DNA of 64,000 nucleotides from Octopus vulgaris (Eukaryota): positions 17,918,001-17,982,000 of the forward strand of contig OX597833.1 of NCBI GenBank assembly GCA_951406725.2, written 5' to 3'. How positions within the stretch are numbered: the first letter of the stretch is position 1; each line of letters begins with the position of its first letter. A program made the translations under genes and the position numbers. Shown here one piece after another: positions 12,313-25,362 of this stretch. Under the pieces are notes generated by a model. It was not told the origin of the DNA. It saw only the letters and a list, made by a program, of their open reading frames with translations, and made no database searches.

Positions 12313-13067
12313 TCCCTTAGTAAATTAAGTAAGGATAGGTTTCACTCTTATTTCACTTAGCAAATTATCAATAGTATTATCTTTCCTTAAAGAACAACAT
12401 TGCGAACATATTAAAAATCAATTAATCTCACATATCTTGAGCATGCGTTAACATGCTGTTGAGAATAGAATCCAACAAACAGACACACAGACAGACGCTG
12501 TCATTAATAGCATTTCCGTCATCAGTATAACCATCATCAAAATAATCGCCATTTCATTTCCCAATCTTAACTATTTAAGTATTATAAGTAGACAGATGTC
12601 TCGCTTCTGGAGAGCGATTTTATGTTGGCAAAGCAACCCAACGAAGCAAGGACTGGGTTTTATAGTGTCCCATACCTACAGAAATGCTGATATATAACCA
12701 CCCTACAAAATACCTACTGACAGCTACACGAATTAGGTTATTCGCAAGCGAAATGTTAGTTTATCTGTTAGCATCTTTTCACACATTCTCTCTGCCTTTT
12801 TCGTCAAGCAAACAGTTTCTTTGTCTCATATTTTAATGTACTTTTAACCTTGTGTGTGTGTGAATGTTTGTGTCCCGTTTCTTACTGTCCGAAACCACAA
12901 TGTCACACTGAAAAGAGCGATGGAGTAATCAGTAGAATTATTGGAATAAAAGTTGACATCTACACATGTAATACAGGAAGACGTGATGGCTCGATTTCTA
13001 TTTATAATAGTGTGTGGGCGGGTGTGCGTGTGCGTGCGCGCCTGCGTGTGTGTGTGTGTGTGAGCGA

Positions 13068-13212
13068 AGGCGTAGTTCTCTGGTAAGAAGTTTGCTTTCC
13101 AGTCGCATGGGTCAGGGTCCAGTCCCATTGCGTGGTACCTTGGGAAAGTGTCTTTTACTATAGCCTTGGGCCGACGAAAGCCTTGGCAGTGGATTTGGTC
13201 TGGCAATCCGTC

Positions 13213-13260
<48 letters not shown>

Positions 13261-13477
13261 GTGCGTGTGTGTGTTTGAGTTTGTCTCCCATCACTGCTTG
13301 ACGATCAGTGTTGGCGTGTTTACTTCTCTGTAACTTAGCAGTTTGGTAAAGGAGACCTATAGAATAAGTACTAGACTTCAAAAGAAGATATTGTACTTGA
13401 GTCAATTCATTCGACTAAAAATTGTTCAAGGCGGCGTTCTAGCATGGCCGCAGTCGAGTGACCGAAGAATGTAAAAG
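13068..13477 (+). mobile_element. SINE family A, older diverged copy
   Basis: Head-microsatellite-tail order preserved; tail GCATGGCCGCAGTC. Confidence 0.85.
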
Positions 13478-13700
13478 GTATATATATATATATAATCATC
13501 TTAATGAAGAATATTATGGACGGTGACTTCGAAGTCACTGTAAATATGTTTAAGAGTTATATATATATGTATATACGCACACACATACACAGTCACGCAC
13601 ACACACACATACGTATATGCATGTATGCGTGTGTGTGCGCGCGCGATGTGAGTATGCACACACACTCATACACACACAACATATATATACAATTCATTGC

Positions 13701-13803
<103 letters not shown>

Positions 13804-13897
13804 CACATACATACATACATACATACATAGTTTACACATCTTGTCTATTTATTTTCATGGGTGGAAATACTATGTTGGCTTAAAAAAATCTATTGAT

Positions 13898-14051
13898 AGG
13901 CGCAGGTATGTCTGTGCGGTTAAGAAGCTCACTGTGCTACCACGTGGTTACAGGTTCGATCCTACTGCGTAGCGCTATGGGTAAGAATGCCTTCTACCAA
14001 ATCCTTGTGAGTGAATTTGGTTGACGAAAACTATGTGGAAGTCCTTCCTCT

Positions 14052-14122
<71 letters not shown>

Positions 14123-14340
14123 TCTCCCACCACAGCTTTACAAACGGTGTTTGCATCTCCGTAACTTAACGGTTCGGCAAAAGAGAGCAATAAAATTAAT
14201 AAACGGTTTTGCTTAATATAAAAAAAAGCACCGGAAATCACTGGGATCGATTTTTTTGTCTAAAACCCCTCGAGGTTGTGTCCCAGCAAGGCCGCTGTCC
14301 AATGACTGAAACTAGTAAAAGGTAAAAGAAAATAAAAGAT
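13898..14340 (+). mobile_element. SINE family A, diverged copy
   Basis: AGGCGCAGGTATGTCTGTGCGGTTAAGAAGC head; CAATGACTGAAAC tail. Confidence 0.8.
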
Positions 14341-14561
14341 AGATATATATTGCAGCGTGGCAATGAAAGAAAACACCAGCGATTTCTGACATGACGTATG
14401 TAAAATTAAATAGTCACGTTTGCTTGTCAGTCACACACATACACCCACATGTATACATATTCGCATTCTCACAGAGAACCATACATACATGCTTGTATAT
14501 ATATATACGCAAACACATATAGATACACGTAAACAACTACTCATAGAAGATGTATTTTTGG

Positions 14562-14771
14562 CTTTTCTTGTTTCAGTCATTAGACTGCGGCCATGCTGGG
14601 GCACCGCCTTGAAGAATCTTTACTCAAATAAATCAACCCCAGTACTAATTTGTTTCTTTTTAAGCCTGGTACTTATTCTATCGGTCGCTTTGGCCGAACC
14701 GCTAGGCGGTGGTGGGGGGATAAACACAGACGCGCGCGCGCGCCACACACACACACACACACACACACATA

Positions 14772-14816
<45 letters not shown>

Positions 14817-14929
14817 GACGGGTTTCTTTCAGTACCAAATCCACCCACTTACCCAAGGTACCACGCAGTGTGACTGAACCCGAAACCATGTGGTTGGGAA
14901 GCAAGTTTCTTACCACACAGCCACATCTA
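14562..14929 (-). mobile_element. SINE family A with internal deletions
   Basis: Reverse complement similarity to intact copies. Confidence 0.85.
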
Positions 14930-15191
14930 TACACACTTATACTCTCTATATAATATACATACATAACTGTTTATATATATATAAACAATGCAGCATGGAA
15001 TTTTGTCAGTGAACAGGTCGCGGTCTCAAAGCTACGAAAATATTTTGACAAATTGAAATTTAAATGTTGAAGTGAATCTAACGGTTTTTGTGTGTTTCTT
15101 AAATGGCTTATAAACACCTTCCACGCTGCAATTGTTTTCGTTCCAGCACAAGATCTCAGATCAAGTCACTCGCTATGCAAGTACATCTCCG

Positions 15192-15245
<54 letters not shown>

Positions 15246-15529
15246 GATTTACAATCAAGGTGCAGAAATGGCGTATTCCGAATGAACAAGGTAATATAAT
15301 CCAATGGTAGAAAGAATTCTGCGAAAGTGTTTTTAAACAAAGCGTTTTATTCAAACTTTCATTTCATGTTTCAAAATGCTATTCACGTAGTGGATATTTC
15401 AAAAGAAAATCAGGCTCGGTTTACCAACTGCTGACCTGAAACGGGTAACTCTGGGAACTGGAAATCGGAGCCTTTCACTTACAGTGTACACCCCCACCCA
15501 CCCACACACACACGAATAGATAGATAGAG

Positions 15530-15791
15530 TTGTTTCTTCATTGGCCGCACAGGGTTGAACACAGAGGAGGGGACAAACTACAAAGTAGAGCTTTTCTTTT
15601 TGAGAAGAGAAAGGAAGTGGGGGTAGAATTTCGATCAAAAGGGATCGTGGAAAAAAGGGAGGAAAAAAGCTGATCAATAGGGATCGTGTATCACAGAAAT
15701 GTCATAATGTAAAAGGAAAAGCAGGTTAGGTTTATCCGTGGAAAGAAAAGCCTACGGAAAAGACCACGGTAACCTCGGACAATAATGTCAT
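15530..15791 (-). mobile_element. Probable LINE 3' UTR fragment whose end matches the SINE B tail
   Basis: Minus-strand end TTTGTCCCCTCCTCTGTGTTCAACCCTGTGCGGCCAATGAAGAAACAA versus SINE B TTTGTCCTCTCTGTGTTTAGCCCCTTGTGGGCAATAAAGAAATA; the rest is unrelated to SINE B. Confidence 0.55.
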
Positions 15792-16176
15792 GCAAAAAAC
15801 ACATTACAGTAAGTGACTCTCTTTTTCCTTTTCTTTTTCTGGTTCACAGGATGCACATTCACACACACACACACACGTACACATATCTTTCAGCTTTTAC
15901 TTGTTTCAGTCATTAGACAGCGGCCATGCTTAGACAACGCTTTGGAAAATTATATTCCGACAAATCGACCCAGGACTTTTTTTTTTAACCTGGAGCTTAT
16001 TCTATCGGTCTATTTCGCCGAACCGCAAGATAACGGGGACTAAACACACTCATACTAATTGTCAAACGTTAGTGGGGGATAAAAACAAATACGAAGGCAA
16101 ACATACACTGATGCTGAACTCTACAGGTTTTAAAAAGATTTTTATCATTCCCTCTCTATTTATCTCCTTTTATTCC

Positions 16177-16210
16177 TTTCTGTCGAGGAGCGAAGGCTCG
16201 AAACATAGAC
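16177..16210 (+). ncRNA. Degenerate hammerhead-like motif, same family as 3326-3359
   Basis: UUU-CUGUCGA-G-GAGC(GAAG)GCUC-GAA-ACAUA; downstream AGCGTCAAACTAATACA similar to the 3320-3451 copy; an inverted degraded copy lies at about 16560-16692. Confidence 0.4.
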
Positions 16211-16318
16211 TAACTTTTTTCCCAAGCGTCAAACTAATACACTTCCTTCTTCCATTACCTATCTTCGTCTTTTCAATATGTGTATGTGTGTGTGTGAGTA
16301 TGTATGTCTGTGTATGAA

Positions 16319-16349
<31 letters not shown>

Positions 16350-16479
16350 TGTATGTATGTATGTATGTATGTATGTACGTATGTATGTACGTATGTATGT
16401 ACGTATGTATGTATGTATGTATGTATGTATGTACGTATGTATGTATGTATGTATGTATGTATGTACGTACGTACGTATG

Positions 16480-16540
<61 letters not shown>

Positions 16541-17032
16541 TGGCAAATCGAAAATAAAAAACAACAAAAACGGAAATGGAAATACACATGGAATGTAATA
16601 GTTTGACGCTTAGTATAAAAAGAAGGAAAAAAAGAGTTGGTATATAACGATTCGAGCATGGTTCTATATGTATACGAGCTAAACGCTCCCCCACGTCCAA
16701 TGGACGGTGCTGAGTTGTCAAACATTTAACCAATATTTCTTAAAACAACTTGTCCGACCGTCCCATAGGCCTCCCCTTTAAGAAACACTGCTTTAAAATC
16801 TAAATTTGAGACACCACCAAAAGAAGAAATAAAGATAAACTTGTTTTCTATTCCAAAGAAAAACGATTTTATTCAAACAACGCGTAGTATCGATTGCAAC
16901 AGCTGATGTACTTGCACGTACAAATGCACGTTCCTATGGCTTTATCGATCGCATTCTCATCTGGAATCGATTTTCGTAATTTTTTCTTCAAGACTTATAC
17001 ACGCCCTGATACCGTCGGTATCTACGTATCAA

Positions 17033-17454
17033 AAGGGCGGCGAGCTGGCAGAATCGTTAGCACGCCGGGTGAAATGATTAGCAGTATTTCGTCTGCCGCT
17101 ACGTTCTGAGTTCAAATTCCGCCGAGGTCGACTCTGCCTTTCATCCTTTCGGGGTCGATTAAATAAGTACCAGTTACGCACTGGGTCGATATTATCGACT
17201 TAATCCGTTTGTCTTTCCTTGTCTGTCCTTTCTGTGTTTAGCCCCTTGTGGGTAGTAAAGACATAAGTATTTCGTCTGCCGCTACGTTCTGAGTTCAAAT
17301 TCCGCCGAGGTCGACTTTGCCTTTCATCCTTTCGGGGTCGATTAAATAAGTACCAGTTACACGCTGGGGTCGATATAATCGACTTAATCCGTTTGTCTGT
17401 CCTTGTTTGTCCTTTCTGTGTTTAGCCCTTTGTAGGCAATAAAGAAATAGGTAT
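17033..17454 (+). mobile_element. SINE B head-to-tail dimer (~183-bp period)
   Basis: Second unit restarts at GTATTTCGTCTGCC directly after the first tail. Confidence 0.92.
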
Positions 17455-18009
17455 CTACATATCGGATGGAGGATGCCCGAGATCCTAGAAGACACACACA
17501 CAGAGACAGACATAACGGATTTTATATAATAGATGTCTGCGTACATACACTCACACACACACACACACACATACACACGCACACACACACACACACACAC
17601 ATACACACGCACACACATAAGTGAAAAATAAATATAATTGCAAAAATAAATGTGATACATTATGATATAGTATAACATGCTATTAAACATTATATCACAC
17701 AATTGGACATAATGCAATACAATGTAACAATGTGACAAAATAATATGTTATACAATGCGACATAACATAATATCGATTACACCATTAGCTGATACAGTAT
17801 ACGGCAATATAGCTCAAGTAACGTTTTATCCAGGCAAGCACCCTGGTGACAAATACACCAGAGTCGCTCGCAGCTCTTTTTCTCTCTCTCCCCAAACACA
17901 GACTGAAACAAAGAGAGCCCGATTGTTTCACATGAAATACATGTGTGAAAGATGTGAGTGTATGTGAGTGTGTATGTGTGTGAGTGTGAATGTGTGTGAG
18001 TGAGTTAGT

Positions 18010-18045
<36 letters not shown>

Positions 18046-18095
18046 ACAAGTACATGTATATACGTCTGCGGACGACGCGGTAGGTATAAATACAT

Positions 18096-18158
<63 letters not shown>

Positions 18159-18179
18159 CATACACACACACACACACAC

Positions 18180-18286
<107 letters not shown>

Positions 18287-18301
18287 CATATACATACACA
18301 T

Positions 18302-18360
<59 letters not shown>

Positions 18361-18414
18361 CATATACATACACATACACACACACACATATATATATATA
18401 TGCATGTATTTATG

Positions 18415-18596
18415 TGGTGTCGCGACAGACTTGGTTGGAGGCCTAGCCTTCCAAGTTCTTTTACAGGGCTTAGAAAAACTGAAATACGACTGCAATAAAT
18501 GTGTGAATCTGAGAGGCGAATATGTAGAATAAAATCATAATTAACCGATCCTTCTGTATTTTCTTTTACCCGATGCGAGAAACTTCTCAGCACCCA

Positions 18597-18600
<4 letters not shown>
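18415..18600 (+). mobile_element. Mariner-derived MITE, 5'-damaged; retains transposase C-terminus
   Basis: Encodes [21 protein letters not shown] (mariner C-terminal motif); ends CAGCACCCACTCG; homologous to 45214-45428 and 63079-63292. Confidence 0.75.
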
Positions 18601-18669
<69 letters not shown>

Positions 18670-18677
18670 TTATATAC

Positions 18678-18915
18678 ATACCTATTTCTTTACTACCCAC
18701 AAGGGGCTAAACACAGATGAGACAAACAAGGACAGACAAACGGATTAAGTCGATTACATCGACCCCAGTGCGTAACAGGTACTTAATTTATCGACCCCGA
18801 AAGGATGAAAGGCAAAGTCGACCTCGGCAGAATTTGAACTCAGAACGTAGCGGCAGACGAAATACGGCTACGCATTTCGCCCGGCGTGCTAACGTTTCTG
18901 CCAGCTCGCCGCCTT
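18678..18915 (-). mobile_element. SINE family B, full length
   Basis: Reverse complement of 2695-2929. Confidence 0.9.
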
Positions 18916-18971
18916 ATATATTTATATATATATGCCACAGAACCTGCACGCATAAGCACGCACACGCACAC

Positions 18972-19027
<56 letters not shown>

Positions 19028-19606
19028 TCATATATTTCATGACTCCGCTTACGCATAGCGATACTGATGATCAGCTGTTAAAACTCAATGCGCATATGCA
19101 AGTTATATTGGATGTACAAATAAATGTTCACTACCAAAAGCTGCTCCCCTCGCTAATAACTAATTTATATTCCGCCGGCCATCTTTCTATGACATAATGG
19201 TTTAATCAGTGTTGAAAGATATCGATTTGATAGTATTTCGATCTACCGTTCGGTGGGCGAGTGTCTGCTCCTTAGGAGACAAAAATTACGCTGAAATCAC
19301 GTGATAGAGCAGTCGCATTCTTCGGTGTTGACAACGTTTCTCCTACCGATATAATTTATGCAATTTTTAATTTCTATTCTAAATGATTTCTATTCTAAAT
19401 GACGCTCACAGCGTTTAAAACAGCGCATCCATATGTATGTATGTGTGTATGTATGTATGTATGTATGTATGTATGTATGTATGTATGTATGTATGTATGT
19501 ATGTATGTATGTGACTTTCTTTTTCTCATTGTTTGACTATAAGCATAGGGTCGATTTGTTCGATTAAACTATCTAAGGTGGTGCCTCAGCATGGCCGCAG
19601 TCCAAC

Positions 19607-19659
<53 letters not shown>

Positions 19660-19706
19660 CATATATTCATACATATATATACATATATATATATATACAT
19701 ATATAC

Positions 19707-19746
<40 letters not shown>

Positions 19747-19774
19747 ACAGATATATATATACATACATATATAT

Positions 19775-19859
<85 letters not shown>

Positions 19860-19860
<1 letters not shown>

Positions 19861-20232
19861 TAGCAGTATCGCCCGGCGTTGCTCAGGTTTGTAAGGGAAA
19901 TAACTATAAAGCATTTTTAGAGAGTTATAGCCAAAAAATAGCAAAAAATGGGAAAAAAATGATGGTAAATTTTTTTTGAGAGTTAAAAAAGGTGGAGTTG
20001 CGCCTGTGGTTTGGGTTTCTGATTCTCGACCCCATGTCGAATTTATCGATTTTTTTCAGAACTGGGGGAACTTTTCAAAATTTTCGCTGCGTTAGTTTTG
20101 AATTATGACATTGGGCTATGTGTGTGTCAAGTTTCATCAGAATCGGTTGAAAGCCGTGGTCAGAGAGTGAGGGTACGAGAAAACAGACACACAGAAAACG
20201 CACAGACAAACTGCCGTTTATATACAGAGAGA
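19860..20232 (-). mobile_element. Non-autonomous Helitron-like element
   Basis: Minus strand starts TC after an A and ends with an imperfect hairpin CCTGAGCAACGCCGGG ~8 nt before CTAG, followed by T; internal TGAAACTT and GTCTGT motifs; no TSD. Confidence 0.7.
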
Positions 20233-20715
20233 TACACATATATATACATATACATATATATATATACACAGATATATATATATATAAATAATTCTTTATT
20301 TGGTATTTTTTATATCTTACCAATACTGCCTATCTTCTACACTAACATCCATCCATCCTACTTCATTTTACCCAATTAAAACACTCCTTACTTCCTTTTC
20401 TTCTTCTTCTCTACTTGTTTTCCTTCTTTTTGCCATTTTTTCTTACTCTTCTTTCGTTTATTTTTTCTTCTTTTCCCTCACACCCATTTTCGTCCCCTTT
20501 ATCGCATTTCCTCTCCGCCATCATACCCTAAGGCAAAGAACCTTATATACAGATGTGTAAATCTCATTAATTCTTCAGTCGTAATTTGCCTGAATCCCCT
20601 TGCCAATCCACAGGTGAAACTCAGAGTACCAAGAGACTGACTCGACCAAAACAAAATATCATTAACCATGACTATGGTATCGAGTATTCTTTTTTCCGAC
20701 AGTCATCACTACACA

Positions 20716-20762
<47 letters not shown>

Positions 20763-20766
<4 letters not shown>

Positions 20767-20967
20767 TTAATAATTAGGGTTCAGCAAAGATTTGCTTTAC
20801 CACATACCGAAGTTTAGAAATAGCAGCCAAAAAACGTTAGCTATTTCTTCTACTTTCAAAAGGGACTCCCAGAAAAGTAGAAGAAATAGCTAACGATTTT
20901 TGGCTGCTATTTCTAAACTTCGGTATGTGGTAAAGCAAATCTTTGCTGAACCCTAATTATTAAGTAT
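20763..20967. repeat. Fold-back: 94-bp inverted arms (1 mismatch), 17-nt spacer
   Basis: 20763-20856 is the reverse complement of 20874-20967; abuts (TA)n; followed by a ~100-bp tail and another (TA)n. Confidence 0.95.
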
Positions 20968-21069
20968 TACTTAAGTTTACCATGAAATGGTCCTTTTTTC
21001 ATGCCGATTTCTACTTGGTGAAATTATTGATTACTTCTTAATTAATTAATATTACCCTTTGTTATTATT

Positions 21070-21103
<34 letters not shown>

Positions 21104-21269
21104 CGTGTATACAATTTAAAAATAGGATATAACATTAATATTCGGAAAAAAAATTAATTGCTGAATATATGTGTTTATTTATTTTGGTAGTTTTGACTTT
21201 AAGAGTCCCCCCTAGCGTGTTGCATTTATGTATAGTAATGCCCGCTATATAATATAATATATATATATA

Positions 21270-21302
<33 letters not shown>

Positions 21303-21314
21303 TTGTATTATTTT

Positions 21315-21505
21315 ATTCTTTTACTTGTTTCAGTCATTTGACTCCGGCCATGCTGGAGCACCGCCTTTTAGTCGAACAAATCAACCCCGGGACTTATTCT
21401 TTGTAAGCCTAGTACTTATTTTATCGGTATGTTTTGCCGAACCGCTAAGTGACGGGGACGTAAACAAACCAGCATCGGTTGTCAAGCGATGTTGAGAGGA
21501 CAAAC
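21315..21505 (-). mobile_element. SINE family A, 3' half
   Basis: Matches SINE A tail and body up to the internal microsatellite. Confidence 0.85.
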
Positions 21506-21560
21506 GTGTATACACACACACACACACACACACATACACATATATATGTATGCATGTATG

Positions 21561-21617
<57 letters not shown>

Positions 21618-22699
21618 CAAAGTTATTCTTGCGCATGCATAGGTAGACCGTTTCTATGTATAGCAGTCGGCAACAAAAGTTGTGTGTGTGTGTGCGTGTT
21701 TGGTCTTTGTGCACGCGCACAAAAATATAGGTAAAGAGTTTCTATAAAAAGCACACTGTTGGATGCTTGATATGTGTGTCAATGATGCTTGGGCGAAGAG
21801 ATGAAAAAAAAATGCGTACTTCGCAATAATAATGACGTCACGCGCTCAGTCCCCCTACGCGGCACCAACCATTTTGCAAGTGTCATGTACCAGATAGACG
21901 AACCCAGCCAATGCACTGTAAAACGAAACCGGACCGACATCTACTAAGGAAGCTGAACAGATAGACCGTGACAACGATTCAAAGGACCAGCCGTGTCACT
22001 ATGTCAATTGGCTCTGCTTGACGAATACGATAAGATTAGAAATCTCTGTAGAATAACGACCCACACTGATAGAAGTAGATTCTTTGATTGAAGAACTGAA
22101 AGGCACGAGACAAGGTTTGAGAGCTAAGGAGTACCGACCTACACCATTTTACAATCTGGTATTGATATTAATGCATACGGCTTTTTTTCTTTCAATGTTT
22201 AGCTGAACATAACTTAAACAGTGCTATCTTATCAGTAGATAAACATATACACGAACAATATTACAGATGAGTTAACGCAAAAACCCCGAGAGAGAAGGAG
22301 GAAGAGAAAGAGATGGGAGAGAGAGAGAGAGAGGGAGAGAGAGAAAGATAGAGAGAAAGAAAGACAGGGTTGTTCAATCTTTTGCGTAGATGCATTGTAT
22401 ATGTTGTGTGTGGGAAATATTCTATGTGTGTACGTGAGTGTGTGTGTGTGTGTGTGTATACAGGGTGTCCCAAAAAATGTGTACTCACTTTAACAGCTGA
22501 TAACTCAATTTTCATGTTTTTGGATTTGATTCACTTGAAATAATGAAAGGAATCAGACTAAGCTTTTGAACAGAGAAAATTTAACCTAATGTGCTGCTGG
22601 AAGTTTGAATACTCAGTCGAAGGATAAATACAGTTAAGGAGGGAGTTTCAGGCAGATCCACCAACACGTCTCACCACCATACGGATTAGTGATACATTT

Positions 22700-23270
22700 A
22701 TTATTTTACTACCCACAAGGGGCTAAACGCAGAGACGACAAACAAGGACAGACAAACGGATTAAGCCGATTATATCGACCCCAGTGCGACCCCGAAAGGA
22801 TGAAAGGCAAAGTCGACCTCGGCGGAATTTGAACTCAGAACATAACGGCAGACGAAATACCTATTTCTTTACTACCCACAAGGGGCTAAACACAGAGAGG
22901 ACAAACAAGGACAGACAAACGGATTAAGTCGATTAAATCGACCCCAGTGCGTAACTGGTACTTATTTAATCGACCACGAAAGGATGAAAGGCAAAGTCGA
23001 CCTCGGCGGAATTTGAACTCAGAACGTAACGGCAGACGAAATACCTATTTCTTTACTACCCACAAGGGGCTAAATATAGAGGGGACAAACAAGGACAGAC
23101 AAACGGATTAAGTCGATTATATCGACTCCGATGCGTAACTGGTACTTATTTAATCGACCCCCGAAAGGATGAAAGACAAAGTCAACCTCGGCGGAATTTG
23201 AACACAGAACATAACGGCAGACGAAATACGGCTGCGCATTTCGCCCGGCGTACTAACGATTCTGCCAGCT
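22700..23270 (-). mobile_element. SINE B trimer (184-bp period) inserted in the transposase gene
   Basis: Junction GAAATACCTATTTC at 22854 and 23038; flanking CATTT duplication (22695-22699, 23271-23275); removing it restores the transposase frame. Confidence 0.92.
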
Positions 23271-23623
23271 CATTTGAAACAGATCGTAATGTTCAGAGTG
23301 TCCACAAGAGATATCGCAGAAGACTGCGGGCATCGACGAACTCCACAAAGCAACAAAACGTACAGAAATGCATTACCAGAGTTCAAGAAATTCTGTGCGG
23401 TAAGCAAATCGCAAGATAGAAATTTCAAAATCAAGCGTCCATCGCATTTCGAAGCGCTGTCATAGGATAACTCAACTTTCATATCTTTTTAGATTTAACT
23501 TGTAAGAAATAATGAAGGGAACCAGACCAAGCTTTGAACAAAAGAAATTTAAACTAAAGTGTTCTCAGAAAATATGATCCGGATGAAAGAGTGCAGTTTT
23601 TATCGAGTGGTACTTGGCTAAGA

Positions 23624-23823
23624 TGGAGGTGCATGGTTTAGTGGTTAGGGTGTTAGACGCATGATCGTAAGATGTGGTTTCGATTCCTGGATCGGACGAC
23701 ACCTTGCGTTCTTGAGCAAAACACTTCATTTCACACAGTCACTCAGCAAGGGAATATATAGCCTTGGAAACCGAAAAACCGGAAAACCAGCACTATGAGT
23801 CTATATGACTCCGGAAGGAACTT
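23624..23823 (+). mobile_element. SINE head C, internally deleted, with 13-bp TSD
   Basis: TGGAGGTGCATGGTTTAGTGGTTAGGG head; TSD TACTTGG(C/T)TAAGA at 23611-23623 and 23824-23836. Confidence 0.85.
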
Positions 23824-23963
23824 TACTTGGTTAAGACATGTAAAAGATGCACATTTTCCAATAAAGATTATTTAAACGGGTAAGGCTGCGTTTGAATTAA
23901 ATGGATCAATTAACTGCCAAAATTGCAAATACTGGTGGCCGAGAATCCACATATTATGGAGAA

Positions 23964-24217
23964 AATAAAAAAATTAATGCGCCCTTTTAAAGCCTAGCCA
24001 GGCCCATGGGCTCGGTTTACCGGTTTCTATGGCGTATGTGCTCCCCAGCTGGACGGGACGTCAGTCCATCGCAGCGTCACTCACAGCTGAGTGGACTGGA
24101 GCAACGTGAAATGAAGTGTTTTGCTCAAGAACACAACGCGTCGCCCGGTCCAGGAATCGAAACCACAATCTTACGATCATGATGCTAACACCCTAACCAC
24201 TAAGCCACGCGCCTCCA
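23964..24217 (-). mobile_element. SINE head C + V-like tail, 14-bp TSD
   Basis: TSD CATATTATGGAGAA at 23950-23963 and 24218-24231; A-box TGGCTTAGTGG and B-box TTCGATTCC on the minus strand. Confidence 0.9.
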
Positions 24218-24324
24218 CATATTATGGAGAACCATCATGGTAATGAACCAGGATCTACAGTTTGGTGCGGCTTATCATTAAAAGGATTAACTCAGTGTTT
24301 CTCAACCAGTAACTTACCACACAG

Positions 24325-24848
24325 AGCACTATGACTATATGACTCGGAAGGAACTTTACTTGGTTAAGACATGTAAAAGATGCACATTTTCCAATAAAGA
24401 TTATTTAAACGGGTAAGGCTGTGTTTGAATTAAATGGATCAATTAACTGCCAAAATTGCAAATACTGGTGGCCGAGAATCCACATATTATGGAGAAAATA
24501 AAAAAAATAATGCGCCCTTTTAAAGCCTAGCCAGGCCCATGGGCTCGGTTTACCGGTTTCTATGGCGTATGTGCTCCCCAGCTGGACGGGACGTCAGTCC
24601 ATCGCAGCGTCACTCATTTGCCAGCTGAGTGGACTGGAGCAACGTGAAATGAAGTGTTTTGCTCAAGAACACAACGCGTCGCCCGGTCCAGGAATCGAAA
24701 CCACAATCTTACGATCATGATGCTAACACCCTAACCACTAAGCCACGCGCCTCCACATATTATGGAGAACCATCATGGTAATGAACCAGGATCTACAGTT
24801 TGGTGCGGCTTATCATTAAAAGGATTAACTCAGTGTTTCTCAACCAGT
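24325..24848 (+). repeat. ~523-bp tandem duplication of 23789-24310, including a second SINE C (24497-24755)
   Basis: Near-identical sequence in both copies; 14-nt linker AACTTACCACACAG. Confidence 0.93.
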
Positions 24849-24957
24849 TTTTACCTAAGGCTCCATTTGATTCTTATTTTACTCGGATGAACCCCGCCAC
24901 CCCCTTATCCATTCGATGTTTATAAAATCCTATGATATTTTTTATAATTAAATAAGC
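24831..24957 (+). mobile_element. hAT/Charlie-like MITE end
   Basis: Starts CAGTGTTTCTCAACC; homologous to the reverse complement of 47955-48084. Confidence 0.65.
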
Positions 24958-24964
24958 TTTTATT

Positions 24965-25362
24965 CTCTTTTCTCTTTCTCTTTTACTTGTTTCAGTCATT
25001 TGACTGCGGCCATGCTGGAGCACCGCCTTTAATCGAGCAAATCGACCCCGGGACTTATTCTTTTGTAAGCCCAGTACTTATTCTATCGGTCTCTTTTTTG
25101 CCGAACCGCTAAGTGACGGGGACGTAAACACACCAGCATCGGTTGTCAAGCAATGCTAGGGGGACAAACACAAACACATAAACACATACACACATATATA
25201 TATATTCTTTTATACGACGGGCTTCATTCAGTTTCCGTCTACCAAATCCACTCACAAGGCTTTGGTCGGCCCGAGGCTATACTAGAAGACACGCAGTGGG
25301 AATGAACCCGGAACAATGTGGTTGGAAAACAAGCTTCTTACCACACAGCCACTCCTGCGCCT
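24965..25362 (-). mobile_element. SINE family A
   Basis: Full length except for a short deletion after GAAGACAC. Confidence 0.92.

Larger units (their letters stand above)
22461..24830 (+). pseudogene. Fragmented Tc1/mariner transposon (DUF4817-type N-terminus, rosa/DD41D-like) with nested SINEs
   Basis: TA|CAGGGTGTCCC terminus; ATG 22543 MKGIRLSFEQRKF...RREFQADPPTRLTTIRISDT|FETD; later DPDERVQF, FELNGSINCQNCKYW, ENPH and VWCGLS motifs; stops and frameshifts. Confidence 0.75.

Noticed and set aside
22700-23270. CRISPR-like or prokaryotic repeat array
   Set aside because: Units are contiguous 184-bp SINE copies with no unique spacers and no cas genes; the context is eukaryotic.
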